Source: Betaproteobacteria bacterium
Lineage (GTDB): Bacteria; Pseudomonadota; Gammaproteobacteria; Burkholderiales; SG8-41
DNA length: 64,000 bases
Reading direction: 5' to 3'
Assembly (NCBI GenBank): GCA_032128415.1
Contig: JAQBGW010000063.1
Span: 3,597 to 67,596 of the forward strand
Notes under the pieces: model-generated
Seen by the model: only the letters and a program-made list of their open reading frames with translations
What the model was told of the DNA's origin: nothing
Databases searched by the model: none
Position numbers and translations under genes: made by a program
Shown here: positions 17,699 to 25,886 of the stretch, in pieces
Numbering within the stretch: position 1 is the stretch's first letter
How the letters are laid out: each line of letters begins with the position of its first letter

Positions 17699-18133
17699 AT
17701 GGTGCTGCCGTCCAATACGCTGCCGCAAGCCAATCGCGCGATGATTGAACAATCATTGGCCGTGGGCATGGGTCGCGCGCTGGGCCTGAAACTGAAACAA
17801 CTCTCTCGCCGTCGTGTCGTGGCCACGATGAAAGTGACGGCGGACCACGTCAACCGCAGCGGTCGCATCAACGGCGGCGCGTTGATGGCGTTTGCCGACA
17901 TACTCGGCGCGCTGGGCACACTGGCCAATCTGCCCGAGGGTTATCGGACGAGCACGCTGGAATCGAAGACGAATTTTTTTGCGGCTGGCGAGGGCGCTGC
18001 CCTGAAGGCAACCGCGGTACCGCTGCATATCGGCCGTACCACCATGGTGTGGCAGACGACGATCAAGAATGCCGACGGCACGAAAGTCGCGATCGTTACC
18101 CAAACGCAGATCGTGATCCCGCGCAAGACCTGA
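17699..18133 (+). CDS. PaaI-family hotdog thioesterase
   Basis: The pattern VNRSGRINGGALMAFADILGALG ... HIGRTTMVWQTTI is typical of PaaI/4HBT-type hotdogs. ATG 17741 is an alternative start. Confidence 0.75.
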   Translation: MVLPSNTLPQANRAMIEQSLAVGMGRALGLKLKQLSRRRVVATMKVTADHVNRSGRINGGALMAFADILGALGTLANLPEGYRTSTLESKTNFFAAGEGAALKATAVPLHIGRTTMVWQTTIKNADGTKVAIVTQTQIVIPRKT

Positions 18134-18253
18134 TTCGGGATTCAGCAAGTGCCGGGTCTTGCACGACCACTCTGACTGCTCGGCATCTGGTGACCGAATC
18201 CGGTATTATCCCGCAACAGTAAAACCCCAAATTTTTCAATTCGGAGATAGTGC

Positions 18254-19090
18254 ATGAACGCAAGCATTGTTGCGCGCCGCGCCGCACTGGCACTCGCGCT
18301 GACTTATTTTGCAGTGATCCCTTTTGCGCAGGCGCAATCTGCCGCCCAGCAGGAGTTCCAGCCGGAACTCGGGCAGGATGGCAAGGACGTAATCTGGCTG
18401 CCTACTGCGCAGGCACTGGTCAATCGTATGCTCGACATGGCAAAGCTGACCGCCAAGGACATTCATTACGATCTGGGTTCCGGTGACGGCCGCACGGTAA
18501 TCACAGCTGCCAAACGCGGTGCCACGGCTTTCGGTGTTGAGTACAACCCGGATATGGTGGCACTGTCGCGTCGCATTGCGGCCAAGGAGGGTGTGACTGA
18601 CAAGGCTACGTTCATACACGGCGACATTTTTGAAACGGATTTTTCCAAGGCCACCGTCATTACGCTGTTTCTGTTGCCGGAACTCAACGTCAAGCTGCGC
18701 CCCAAGATTCTCGCCATGAAGCCCGGCACTCGTGTGGCGTCGAATTCTTTCACCATGGGCGACTGGGAGGCGGACGAATCACAACATGCAACTGATGATT
18801 GCACGAGTTATTGCACAGCCTACCTGTGGATCGTGCCGGCGACAGTTGATGGTTTCTGGGAATCGGGTAAGCTGGAATTCAAATTCGCTCAGGAATTCCA
18901 GATGGTGCACGGCTCGGCCGGCAGCGGCGGCAAGGTATCACCGGTGCTCAACGGCCGCATGCGTGGCGATGCGATCACGTTCAATGCGAGCGGTGGCCGA
19001 TATGAAGGGAAGGTCAGCGGCGACCGTATCGAGGGCACGTTCACTTTCGCCGGCGAAGTGTCTCCCTGGGTTGCAACACGCAAGCGTTGA
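18254..19090 (+). CDS. Class I SAM-dependent methyltransferase with an N-terminal signal peptide and a ~100-aa C-terminal beta-rich extension
   Basis: Signal-like MNASIVARRAALALALTYFAVIPFAQAQS. SAM motif I YDLGSGDGR, then FGVEYNPDM and IHGDIF. Confidence 0.75.
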   Translation: MNASIVARRAALALALTYFAVIPFAQAQSAAQQEFQPELGQDGKDVIWLPTAQALVNRMLDMAKLTAKDIHYDLGSGDGRTVITAAKRGATAFGVEYNPDMVALSRRIAAKEGVTDKATFIHGDIFETDFSKATVITLFLLPELNVKLRPKILAMKPGTRVASNSFTMGDWEADESQHATDDCTSYCTAYLWIVPATVDGFWESGKLEFKFAQEFQMVHGSAGSGGKVSPVLNGRMRGDAITFNASGGRYEGKVSGDRIEGTFTFAGEVSPWVATRKR

Positions 19091-19109
19091 TCCGGATAAA
19101 CGTAGAAGA

Positions 19110-20753
19110 ATGAAAAAATCCGACCGCGGCTACGCCGATCTGCACGAGCATCTCGCCGCCTTGCGCGAACGTGGTCTGCTGATAGAAATTGACCGACCCA
19201 TCGACAAGGATGCCGAAATGCATCCGCTGGTACGCTGGCAGTACGTCGGCGGCATTGAAGAGCATGAACGCAAGGCGTTTTTGTTCACCAATGTCGTCAA
19301 TGCGCAGGGCCGCAAGTACAACTTCCCGGTGGTGGTCGGTGCGTTTGCCGGCAACCGGGAAATCTACGGCATCGGCATGCGCACGCCCCTCGATCAAGTG
19401 CAGCAGCGCTGGGATCACGCCATTGCCAACCCGATTCCGCCTTGCGTCGTCGAGTCCGGCTCCTGTCAGGACGTGGTCATCACCGGCGATGCCCTCAAGG
19501 GTGATGGCAACGGCCTTGATGCGTTGCCGATTCCGGTATCGACGCCGGGATTTGACGGCGCGCCGACGCTGACTGCGACCAATGTCATTACCAAAGACCC
19601 TGAAACCGGCATCCAGAATCACGGTACCTATCGCGCCGGGTTGAAGGCATCTGACCGCATGGTGGTGCGCATGGCGACGCGGGTCGGCGGCGCCGGCGGC
19701 TATCGTCATTACCAGAAACACCAGAGCCGCGGCGACAAGACCATGCCGATCGCCATTGTGCTCGGCGCGCCGCCGTGCGTGGCCTTTGTGGCACCGATGA
19801 AATTGCCGATTGATCTCGACGAAGTGGGCGTGGCTGGTGGTGTCGCTGGATCACCGATCAACATGGTGCGCGCAAAAACGGTCGATCTGCTGGTGCCGGC
19901 AGAGGCTGAGATTGTCATTGAAGGTCTGATCGACACCGAATTTGTTGAACCCGAAGGCCCGTTCGGCGAATCTCACGGCCATGTGGCGCTGGAGCAATTC
20001 AACATGCCGATGCGGGTGACGGCGATTACCCATCGCAAGGATGCCATCGTCGCCTCATACCTGAGTCAGGTCACGCCCAGTGAATCGAGCGCGATCAAGC
20101 GCGTGTCGTATGAGCCGATGTTCCTGTCGCATTTGCGCAATACGCTGGGCATCAAGGGTGTAACACGCGTGACGTTGCACGAACGCATGACCGCACTGCG
20201 ACGCATGGCGGTGGTCACGGTGGCGCAGGGCACTCCGCGCAGCGAAGTGTGGCGCGCTCTCTACGGCGTGACTTCGTTCAAGGCCGATTGCGGCAAGATC
20301 TGCATCGCGGTCAGTGACGACATTGAACCGGAGAATTCCGATGCACTGTTCTGGGCGCTGGCTTTTCGCATGAATCCGGCGGAAGACTTGCAGGTGCTCA
20401 AGCACCGCAGTCAGGGCCACGGCCCCGAGCGCGAACATGAAACTGACGACGAAGACGCGACGTTGCTGATCGACGCCACGGCCAAGGAAATACTGCCGCC
20501 CTTCGCACTGCCCAAACGCGAATACATGGAGCGCGCGCGCCAGTTGTGGGAGGAGATCGGTTTGCCGAAATTGCGGCCGCAATCGCCGTGGTTCGGTTCA
20601 CCAGTCGGCGACTGGTTGCCGGAATGGGACGAGGGCGCGCGGCGCGCAGCGACCGGGGGTTATCTCGACAATGGACTTATCAGCGAGAAAGCAAAACGCA
20701 AGGGATTGAAACCCGAGACCAGTTATCGGCCGGACGGCAACAAAAAGAAATAA
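19110..20753 (+). CDS. UbiD-family (prFMN-dependent) decarboxylase with an extended basic C-terminus
   Basis: ADLHEHLAALRERGLLIEIDRPIDKDAEMHPLVRWQY start and GPFGESHGH motif typical of UbiD. Start moved from 18732 to ATG 19110, where homology begins and the upstream gene ends. Confidence 0.85.
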   Translation: MKKSDRGYADLHEHLAALRERGLLIEIDRPIDKDAEMHPLVRWQYVGGIEEHERKAFLFTNVVNAQGRKYNFPVVVGAFAGNREIYGIGMRTPLDQVQQRWDHAIANPIPPCVVESGSCQDVVITGDALKGDGNGLDALPIPVSTPGFDGAPTLTATNVITKDPETGIQNHGTYRAGLKASDRMVVRMATRVGGAGGYRHYQKHQSRGDKTMPIAIVLGAPPCVAFVAPMKLPIDLDEVGVAGGVAGSPINMVRAKTVDLLVPAEAEIVIEGLIDTEFVEPEGPFGESHGHVALEQFNMPMRVTAITHRKDAIVASYLSQVTPSESSAIKRVSYEPMFLSHLRNTLGIKGVTRVTLHERMTALRRMAVVTVAQGTPRSEVWRALYGVTSFKADCGKICIAVSDDIEPENSDALFWALAFRMNPAEDLQVLKHRSQGHGPEREHETDDEDATLLIDATAKEILPPFALPKREYMERARQLWEEIGLPKLRPQSPWFGSPVGDWLPEWDEGARRAATGGYLDNGLISEKAKRKGLKPETSYRPDGNKKK

Positions 20754-20771
20754 CAATGCACGATCGCCATT

Positions 20772-20801
20772 AAAAAGCCGCGGCTGAATCCGCGGCTTTT
20801 T
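20772..20801. terminator. Bidirectional rho-independent terminator
   Basis: AAAAAGCCGCGG-CTGAAT-CCGCGGCTTTTT lies between convergent stops at 20753 and 20820, with an A-run on one side and a T-run on the other. Confidence 0.8.
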
Positions 20802-20819
20802 AATGTTTGATGATGAAGC

Positions 20820-21797
20820 TTATCGCGGCTTGATGCCTGCAGTCTTCACCAGCTTTTGCCACTTGTCGACTTCGGCGCGTATGGTAGCAGCGAACGCCTG
20901 GGGGGTGTCCCCTTCGGTTTCCATCCCGCGATTGAGATACAGTTTTTTTACGTCATCGCGGGCCAGGATTTTGACGGACTCGGCGTGCAACAGATTGATG
21001 ATGGCCTGCGGGGTTTTTGCCGGCGCCAGCAGGCCGACCCAGGATGCGTGCTGGTATCCCTTCACGCCGGACTCCGCCATCGTCGGCAGTTCGGGCGCCG
21101 CGGCGGAGCGTTTTACGCCGGTGACGGCGAGCGCGCGGATTTTTCCGGCACGGATATGCGGCAAACTGGTGGAGCTGGCGGAAAAATTGACCTGCACTTC
21201 GCCGCCAAGCAGCGCGGCCATTGCCGGCGAGCCGCCCTTGTAGGGCACCAGCAGCATTTTGGTCCCGCTCAGGTGCTGGAAGAGTTCGGTCGCCAGATGG
21301 GTGCTGGTGCCGACGCCGCTGAAAGCGCAGGTGATTGCGCCCGGTTTGCTTTTCAGCAATGCCACCAGTTCCTGGACAGATTTTGCAGCCACCGACGGAT
21401 GCACGACGAGTATGTGAGGCAGATCGGCGAACTGGGTAATGGGGATGAAGTCGCGGACCGGGTTGAAGGGCATCTTACGGTGCATTGCCGGTGTAATCGT
21501 GAACGACGCAGCGACGGCAAGCAGGGTGTAGCCGTCGGGCGCGGCCTTGGCCACGATGTCGGTTCCGGTCAGGCTGCCGGCGCCAGGCCGATTGTCTACA
21601 ATAAAGTTCTGCTTCAGCACTTCACCCAGCCGGTCGGTGACGATGCGTGTGGCGATGTCGGTGGAGCCGCTCGGGCTTTGCGGCACGATGACCCGGACCG
21701 GACGTGCGGGATAGGCATCGGCAGCAGCGACTGTGGTCGCGACAAGCATTGCGACCGTACAGGTGATGGCTGCAACATGATATTTGAATTGGCGCAT
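20820..21797 (-). CDS. Bug-family (TctC-like) substrate-binding protein
   Basis: Signal peptide MRQFKYHVAAITCTVAMLVATTVAAADA. Bug signatures VDNRPGAGS, FSGVGTSTH and LVPYKGG. GAGGAGAAA Shine-Dalgarno before ATG 21797. Confidence 0.9.
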   Translation of the reverse strand: MRQFKYHVAAITCTVAMLVATTVAAADAYPARPVRVIVPQSPSGSTDIATRIVTDRLGEVLKQNFIVDNRPGAGSLTGTDIVAKAAPDGYTLLAVAASFTITPAMHRKMPFNPVRDFIPITQFADLPHILVVHPSVAAKSVQELVALLKSKPGAITCAFSGVGTSTHLATELFQHLSGTKMLLVPYKGGSPAMAALLGGEVQVNFSASSTSLPHIRAGKIRALAVTGVKRSAAAPELPTMAESGVKGYQHASWVGLLAPAKTPQAIINLLHAESVKILARDDVKKLYLNRGMETEGDTPQAFAATIRAEVDKWQKLVKTAGIKPR

Positions 21798-21845
21798 AAT
21801 TTTCTCCTCGTAGTCAGTCTGCTGGTGATTATTACTATTCAATTA

Positions 21846-23600
21846 TTATTCTCCGTCATACCCCGGTAGCACGCGCGCGTCAATCACGCATACGCCGCCG
21901 GCCTTGACGATGGCGATTCCGCGCTCAATGGCCGGCTGCATGTCGGCCATCTGCGTGACCGGGCCGATACCCTCGGCGCCCTGCGCGCGCGCCATCGCCG
22001 CGAGGTCAATATCCGGATCGATGATTTTCTGGCCGATCCACGCATTGGCGGACGGCCGACCGCGATGCTCGGCAACATGACCTTGATGCCGCTCGTCGTT
22101 GAAGAATGAGCGATTATTGCAGAGGATCATCAGACACGGAATCTGATAGTGCACCGCGGTCCATATCGCAGTGTTACCCATCAGGAAATTTCCGTCACCC
22201 ATCAGTCCGATGGGAATACGGCCGCTGCCTTTGAGTGCGAGAGCTGCGCCGATGGTCAGCCCCGGACCTGCACCTACACCGCCGCCGCCGTCGAAGCCGA
22301 TGTAATCCAGCGGATGACGGAAGTGGGTATAGCTGCCGTTCCAGCCCAGGGGCAGGTGGGTATAACAGACTTCCTGTTTGCCGACGGCGGCATTGAGCGC
22401 CCAAGCCAGGCCTGCCAGCGCCAGCGGTTCGCCGGATTTACCGGTCAGCAGTTTGGGTGCTGCGACGATGCGCTGTGCTCGGGCAGTGACCGCCGCAGTC
22501 AGCAACGGCACTGCGGCATCCGGTTCGCAACTCATGAAGACATCGGCCGGTGGCAGCGCCTGGTAATCCATACTCCAGCCGCGGTGCAAATGCGTGTCGC
22601 AGGAGATGTGGATGATTTTGGCATTGACCGGCTGGGCGCCGAAAGTCTGTTTCAGTGCGCCAGCGAGATCCAGCCAGTCCAGCGACAGGATGACATCGGC
22701 TTCGGCCAGCGCCTTGCGTGCAGCGGGCACCAACCGGTTGGCCGGGTGTGCGGTGTGCAGCCGGTGATCTGTGGGAAATGATGCGGCAAGTTTGATCTGG
22801 GTCAGCACGCGCATGTCGAGTTTTTCGGCGAGTGCGACGCGCGCATTCCACGCAACCATGCTGCGGGAGCCGCGACCGGAGAGCATCACAGGATTTTTTG
22901 CAGTGGAGAGCAGCTTTGCCGCAGTTTCTATTTCAGAGTTACCCGGTTGTACTGCAGGCGGCGGCGCGTAGCGCGCGACATCGGGCATGGCGGGCAGTGA
23001 ATCGAGTTTTTCTTCCTGAATGGTGACGTCGAGATTGACATACACCGGCGCGCGCGGCGCGGTTTCGGCGATCTGTGCGCCGCGCAGCAGTGCTTCGACG
23101 GCAGCGGTCACCGAGCCCGGCTGGTTGTCCCATTTGGTGAAGTTGCGCACCAGCGCCGCCTGATCCGAGCAGGTGTGTATCCAGTCAATCCATGGCCGGC
23201 GCTTGGCGGCGTCCCACGGGCCAGTGGCGCCGAGAACCAGCACGGGGGTGCGGTCGCACCACGCGTTGAATATCGGCATCGATGCATGCATCAGACCGAC
23301 ATTGGAGTGCAGCGCTGCAGCCATCATCCGGTTGGAGGCTTTCCAGTAGCCCTGCGCAATCGACACCGCATTTTCATCGTGTAGACACAGCACCATCTGC
23401 GGCGCCTTGTTGCCGAGGTAATTAACCAGGCTGTCGTGCAGTCCGCGATAGCTTGCGCCAGGGTTCAGCGCGATGTATGGCACGTCGAGTGCGCGCAGCG
23501 TGGCGGCGATTGCGTCGCTGCCGAAGACGACATCGCTGGTCGTCGAAGGCGTGGGTGTTTCGTGTTTAATGGCGCTTGCTGCGTTGGACTTGGATGTCAT
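21846..23600 (-). CDS. Thiamine diphosphate-dependent enzyme (acetolactate synthase/benzoylformate decarboxylase superfamily)
   Basis: N-terminal Pyr domain (ALNPGASYRGLHDSL, ENAVSIAQGY). C-terminal ThDP motif GDGNFLMGNTAIWTAVHYQIPCLMILCNN. Confidence 0.85.
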   Translation of the reverse strand: MTSKSNAASAIKHETPTPSTTSDVVFGSDAIAATLRALDVPYIALNPGASYRGLHDSLVNYLGNKAPQMVLCLHDENAVSIAQGYWKASNRMMAAALHSNVGLMHASMPIFNAWCDRTPVLVLGATGPWDAAKRRPWIDWIHTCSDQAALVRNFTKWDNQPGSVTAAVEALLRGAQIAETAPRAPVYVNLDVTIQEEKLDSLPAMPDVARYAPPPAVQPGNSEIETAAKLLSTAKNPVMLSGRGSRSMVAWNARVALAEKLDMRVLTQIKLAASFPTDHRLHTAHPANRLVPAARKALAEADVILSLDWLDLAGALKQTFGAQPVNAKIIHISCDTHLHRGWSMDYQALPPADVFMSCEPDAAVPLLTAAVTARAQRIVAAPKLLTGKSGEPLALAGLAWALNAAVGKQEVCYTHLPLGWNGSYTHFRHPLDYIGFDGGGGVGAGPGLTIGAALALKGSGRIPIGLMGDGNFLMGNTAIWTAVHYQIPCLMILCNNRSFFNDERHQGHVAEHRGRPSANAWIGQKIIDPDIDLAAMARAQGAEGIGPVTQMADMQPAIERGIAIVKAGGVCVIDARVLPGYDGE

Positions 23601-23633
23601 GCCCGCTCCACTGATGAATATTAAATTTTCTGT

Positions 23634-24602
23634 TCAATTCACTTTCGCGCCAGAGACCTTGATGACCTGTGCCCACTTGGTAAATTCGGTTTGCAGGTGT
23701 TTGGCGAAGGCATTCCGGGTACTGCCGACCGCGACGCTGCCGCTGTTTTTCATGCGTGTCTTCATTTCGGTGCTTTGCATGATTTTTGCCGCGTGGCCAT
23801 TGAGAAAATTAAGTATGTCAGCGGGTGTGCCGGCCGGTGCAAGCACGCCGTACCACTGGCTGGATTGATAACCTTTCAGTCCTGCTTCCGCTACGGTCGG
23901 CAGGTTGGGCATTGCCGGCAACCGTTCGGTTGTGGTCACACCCAGCGCGCGCAACCGGCCGCTCTCGATATAGGGGATGGCGGCGAGGGCGGGCATGAAC
24001 ATCACGGTAATTTCACCTGAAATGATGGCCGTGATGGCGGGGCCGGTACCGCGGTAGGGCACGTGCACCATCCGGGTTCCGGTCAGCGTCTTGAACAGTT
24101 CCGCGGCGAGATGCGGTGTGCTGCCGCTGGCCGAAGATGCGTAGTTCAGCTGACCCGGCCGTGCTTTGGCAAAGGCGATCAGCTCCCGCACGGTTTTGAC
24201 GGGCAGCGACGGATGCACGACGAGGATATTCGGCGCATGCGCGAGCAGGCTGACGGGTTCGAAGTCCTTGATGGGATCGTAGGTGACATTCTTGTAGAGA
24301 CTGGGCGTGGTCACGAAATTGGCGCCATTGACGAGCAGCGTGTAACCGTCTTTTGGCGACTTGGCGACGATTTCGCTGCCGATCATGCCGTTGGCGCCGG
24401 CGCGGTTATCAATGAGTACCGGTTTGCCGATGGCTTCGGACAGTTTCTGGCCCAGCAGGCGGCCTGCGGTGTCGACGCCGCCGCCCGCGGGGAACGGCAC
24501 CACGATGCGCAGCGGGCCGGTCGGATAGTTTTGTGCCGTGGTCAGTCCGGCGGTGAGCAGCAGAATGGCAGCCAGCAGGCTGTGTGCAATGCACTTATTC
24601 AT
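23634..24602 (-). CDS. Bug-family (TctC-like) substrate-binding protein
   Basis: Signal peptide MNKCIAHSLLAAILLLTAGLTTAQN. Bug signatures IDNRAGANG, YASSASGSTPH and HVPYRGT. Confidence 0.9.
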   Translation of the reverse strand: MNKCIAHSLLAAILLLTAGLTTAQNYPTGPLRIVVPFPAGGGVDTAGRLLGQKLSEAIGKPVLIDNRAGANGMIGSEIVAKSPKDGYTLLVNGANFVTTPSLYKNVTYDPIKDFEPVSLLAHAPNILVVHPSLPVKTVRELIAFAKARPGQLNYASSASGSTPHLAAELFKTLTGTRMVHVPYRGTGPAITAIISGEITVMFMPALAAIPYIESGRLRALGVTTTERLPAMPNLPTVAEAGLKGYQSSQWYGVLAPAGTPADILNFLNGHAAKIMQSTEMKTRMKNSGSVAVGSTRNAFAKHLQTEFTKWAQVIKVSGAKVN

Positions 24603-24622
24603 GAGTCAGTCTCCTTGCGTGT

Positions 24623-24916
24623 TTAGTTGATTCCCAGCAGCGCCGCGCCGGTGTCCCAGCCCACGGCACGCCGCTGATCGTTTGATAGCCCGTTGTTTTT
24701 ATTAATAAAATTAACGGGGTCCGGATCGCGCAGCGGAAACGGATAATCGCTGCCCAGCGCCACCTGCCCGGCGCCGACTTCGATGCACGTTGCGCCATCT
24801 TCATTTTTTACGATTTTGATACTGTGTTGCGCGCCTTTGGCGATGATGCGATCCACCAGTGGTTTGCCGACGTGGTGGGCGTGTATATCGAGACAACGGG
24901 GTTTGGCGGAGGTCAC
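24623..24916 (-). pseudogene. Amidohydrolase_2 (ACMSD-like decarboxylase/hydrolase) remnant with a large in-frame internal deletion
   Basis: This 97-aa ORF joins an N-terminal metal motif (CLDIHAHHVG) directly to the C-terminal family motif (LGSDYPFPL ... GAALLGI). Family members are around 330 aa in my recollection (human ACMSD), so on the order of 230 central residues appear to be missing. Confidence 0.65.
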
Positions 24917-25725
24917 GCCGACTTGCTCCGGGCGATGACTTCACGGATGCGCGCAGCAATGTCCTGTGGTTTTTCGGTGGGCGTGATGTGCCGGCCACCG
25001 GGTAACACGGTCAGGGTCGAACCCGTGATGCCTTGCTGCAGTGCTTCGGCCATGGCGACCGGCGTGGCGTAATCATCTTCGCCGACCACGATGGCGGTCG
25101 GGACTTTGATCGTGGACAGGCCGGCACGCAGGTCGGCGCTACCGAGCATCTCGCAGGTCCTCACGTAGCAATCGACCTTGTTGGCAAGAAACACCTTGAT
25201 CAGTTTGTCGACAGTTGCAGTTTCTGTTTTAAGAAAAGCATCACCAAACCAGCGCGTGGCCTGGAACTGGACCAGTGCGCTCATGCCTTTCTGCTGGGCG
25301 GTTGCTGCGCGCTCACGCCAGGCATTTGCGGCTTCGGCGCCGTACCAAGCAGTGGTGTCGACCAGCGTCAGGCCATTGGTGCGTTGCGGGTAGTCGATGG
25401 CGAAAGCCTGCGCCACCATGCCGCCCATCGAGCAGCCTGCAACGATTGCTGAAGGCCATTGCACATGATCCATCAGTTCGGCGAGGTCACGGGCAAACAA
25501 TTGCGGCGTGTAAGTCATCACCGGTTGAGCGGACTGACCATGACCGCGGCAATCGAGCGTCAGGATTTGCGCTTCAGTGGCCAGCGCCCGGACGACACCG
25601 TCCCAGATGCTGCGATCGAGTGCGAGTGAATGTACCAGTGCGACACGGGGCGCGTTGGTTCCCGGGCCAGCGTGCAGGACATAAGTGATGTCGCAGCCAT
25701 CGGAAGTTTTGAAACGGTCAACCAT
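24913..25725 (-). CDS. Alpha/beta hydrolase (enol-lactonase-like)
   Basis: VALVHSLALDRSIWD, LDCRGHGQS, nucleophile elbow GCSMGGMVA, C-terminal GGRHITPTEKP. ATGA overlap with the downstream remnant ORF. Confidence 0.8.
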   Translation of the reverse strand: MVDRFKTSDGCDITYVLHAGPGTNAPRVALVHSLALDRSIWDGVVRALATEAQILTLDCRGHGQSAQPVMTYTPQLFARDLAELMDHVQWPSAIVAGCSMGGMVAQAFAIDYPQRTNGLTLVDTTAWYGAEAANAWRERAATAQQKGMSALVQFQATRWFGDAFLKTETATVDKLIKVFLANKVDCYVRTCEMLGSADLRAGLSTIKVPTAIVVGEDDYATPVAMAEALQQGITGSTLTVLPGGRHITPTEKPQDIAARIREVIARSKSA

Positions 25726-25787
25726 TTGCTGATTTCCTTGAACATGAAGAACGAGGATTATTCTTATTCCTTACAAAACACATGACA

Positions 25788-25845
25788 CCGTTCGGGCTGA
25801 GCTTGTCGAAGTCCCGTTGCCCTTCGACAAGCTCAGGGCGAACGG
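25788..25845. repeat. GC-rich palindromic REP element, copy 2 (inverted relative to copy 1)
   Basis: CCGTTCGGGCTGAGCTTGTCGAAG...CTTCGACAAGCTCAGGGCGAACGG, 58 nt. Confidence 0.8.
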
Positions 25846-25886
25846 GATTGATTTATCACAAATTATTAAAAGTGTAATGAAGCAGA

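Noticed and set aside
18732-19109. The 5' extension of the UbiD ORF (673 aa as listed).
   Set aside because: It overlaps the 3' third of the methyltransferase gene in another frame. UbiD-like sequence starts at ATG 19110, just after the methyltransferase stop.
20856-21869. A 337-aa ORF on the plus strand.
   Set aside because: It is antisense to the Bug receptor gene at 20820-21797. It is a shadow ORF.
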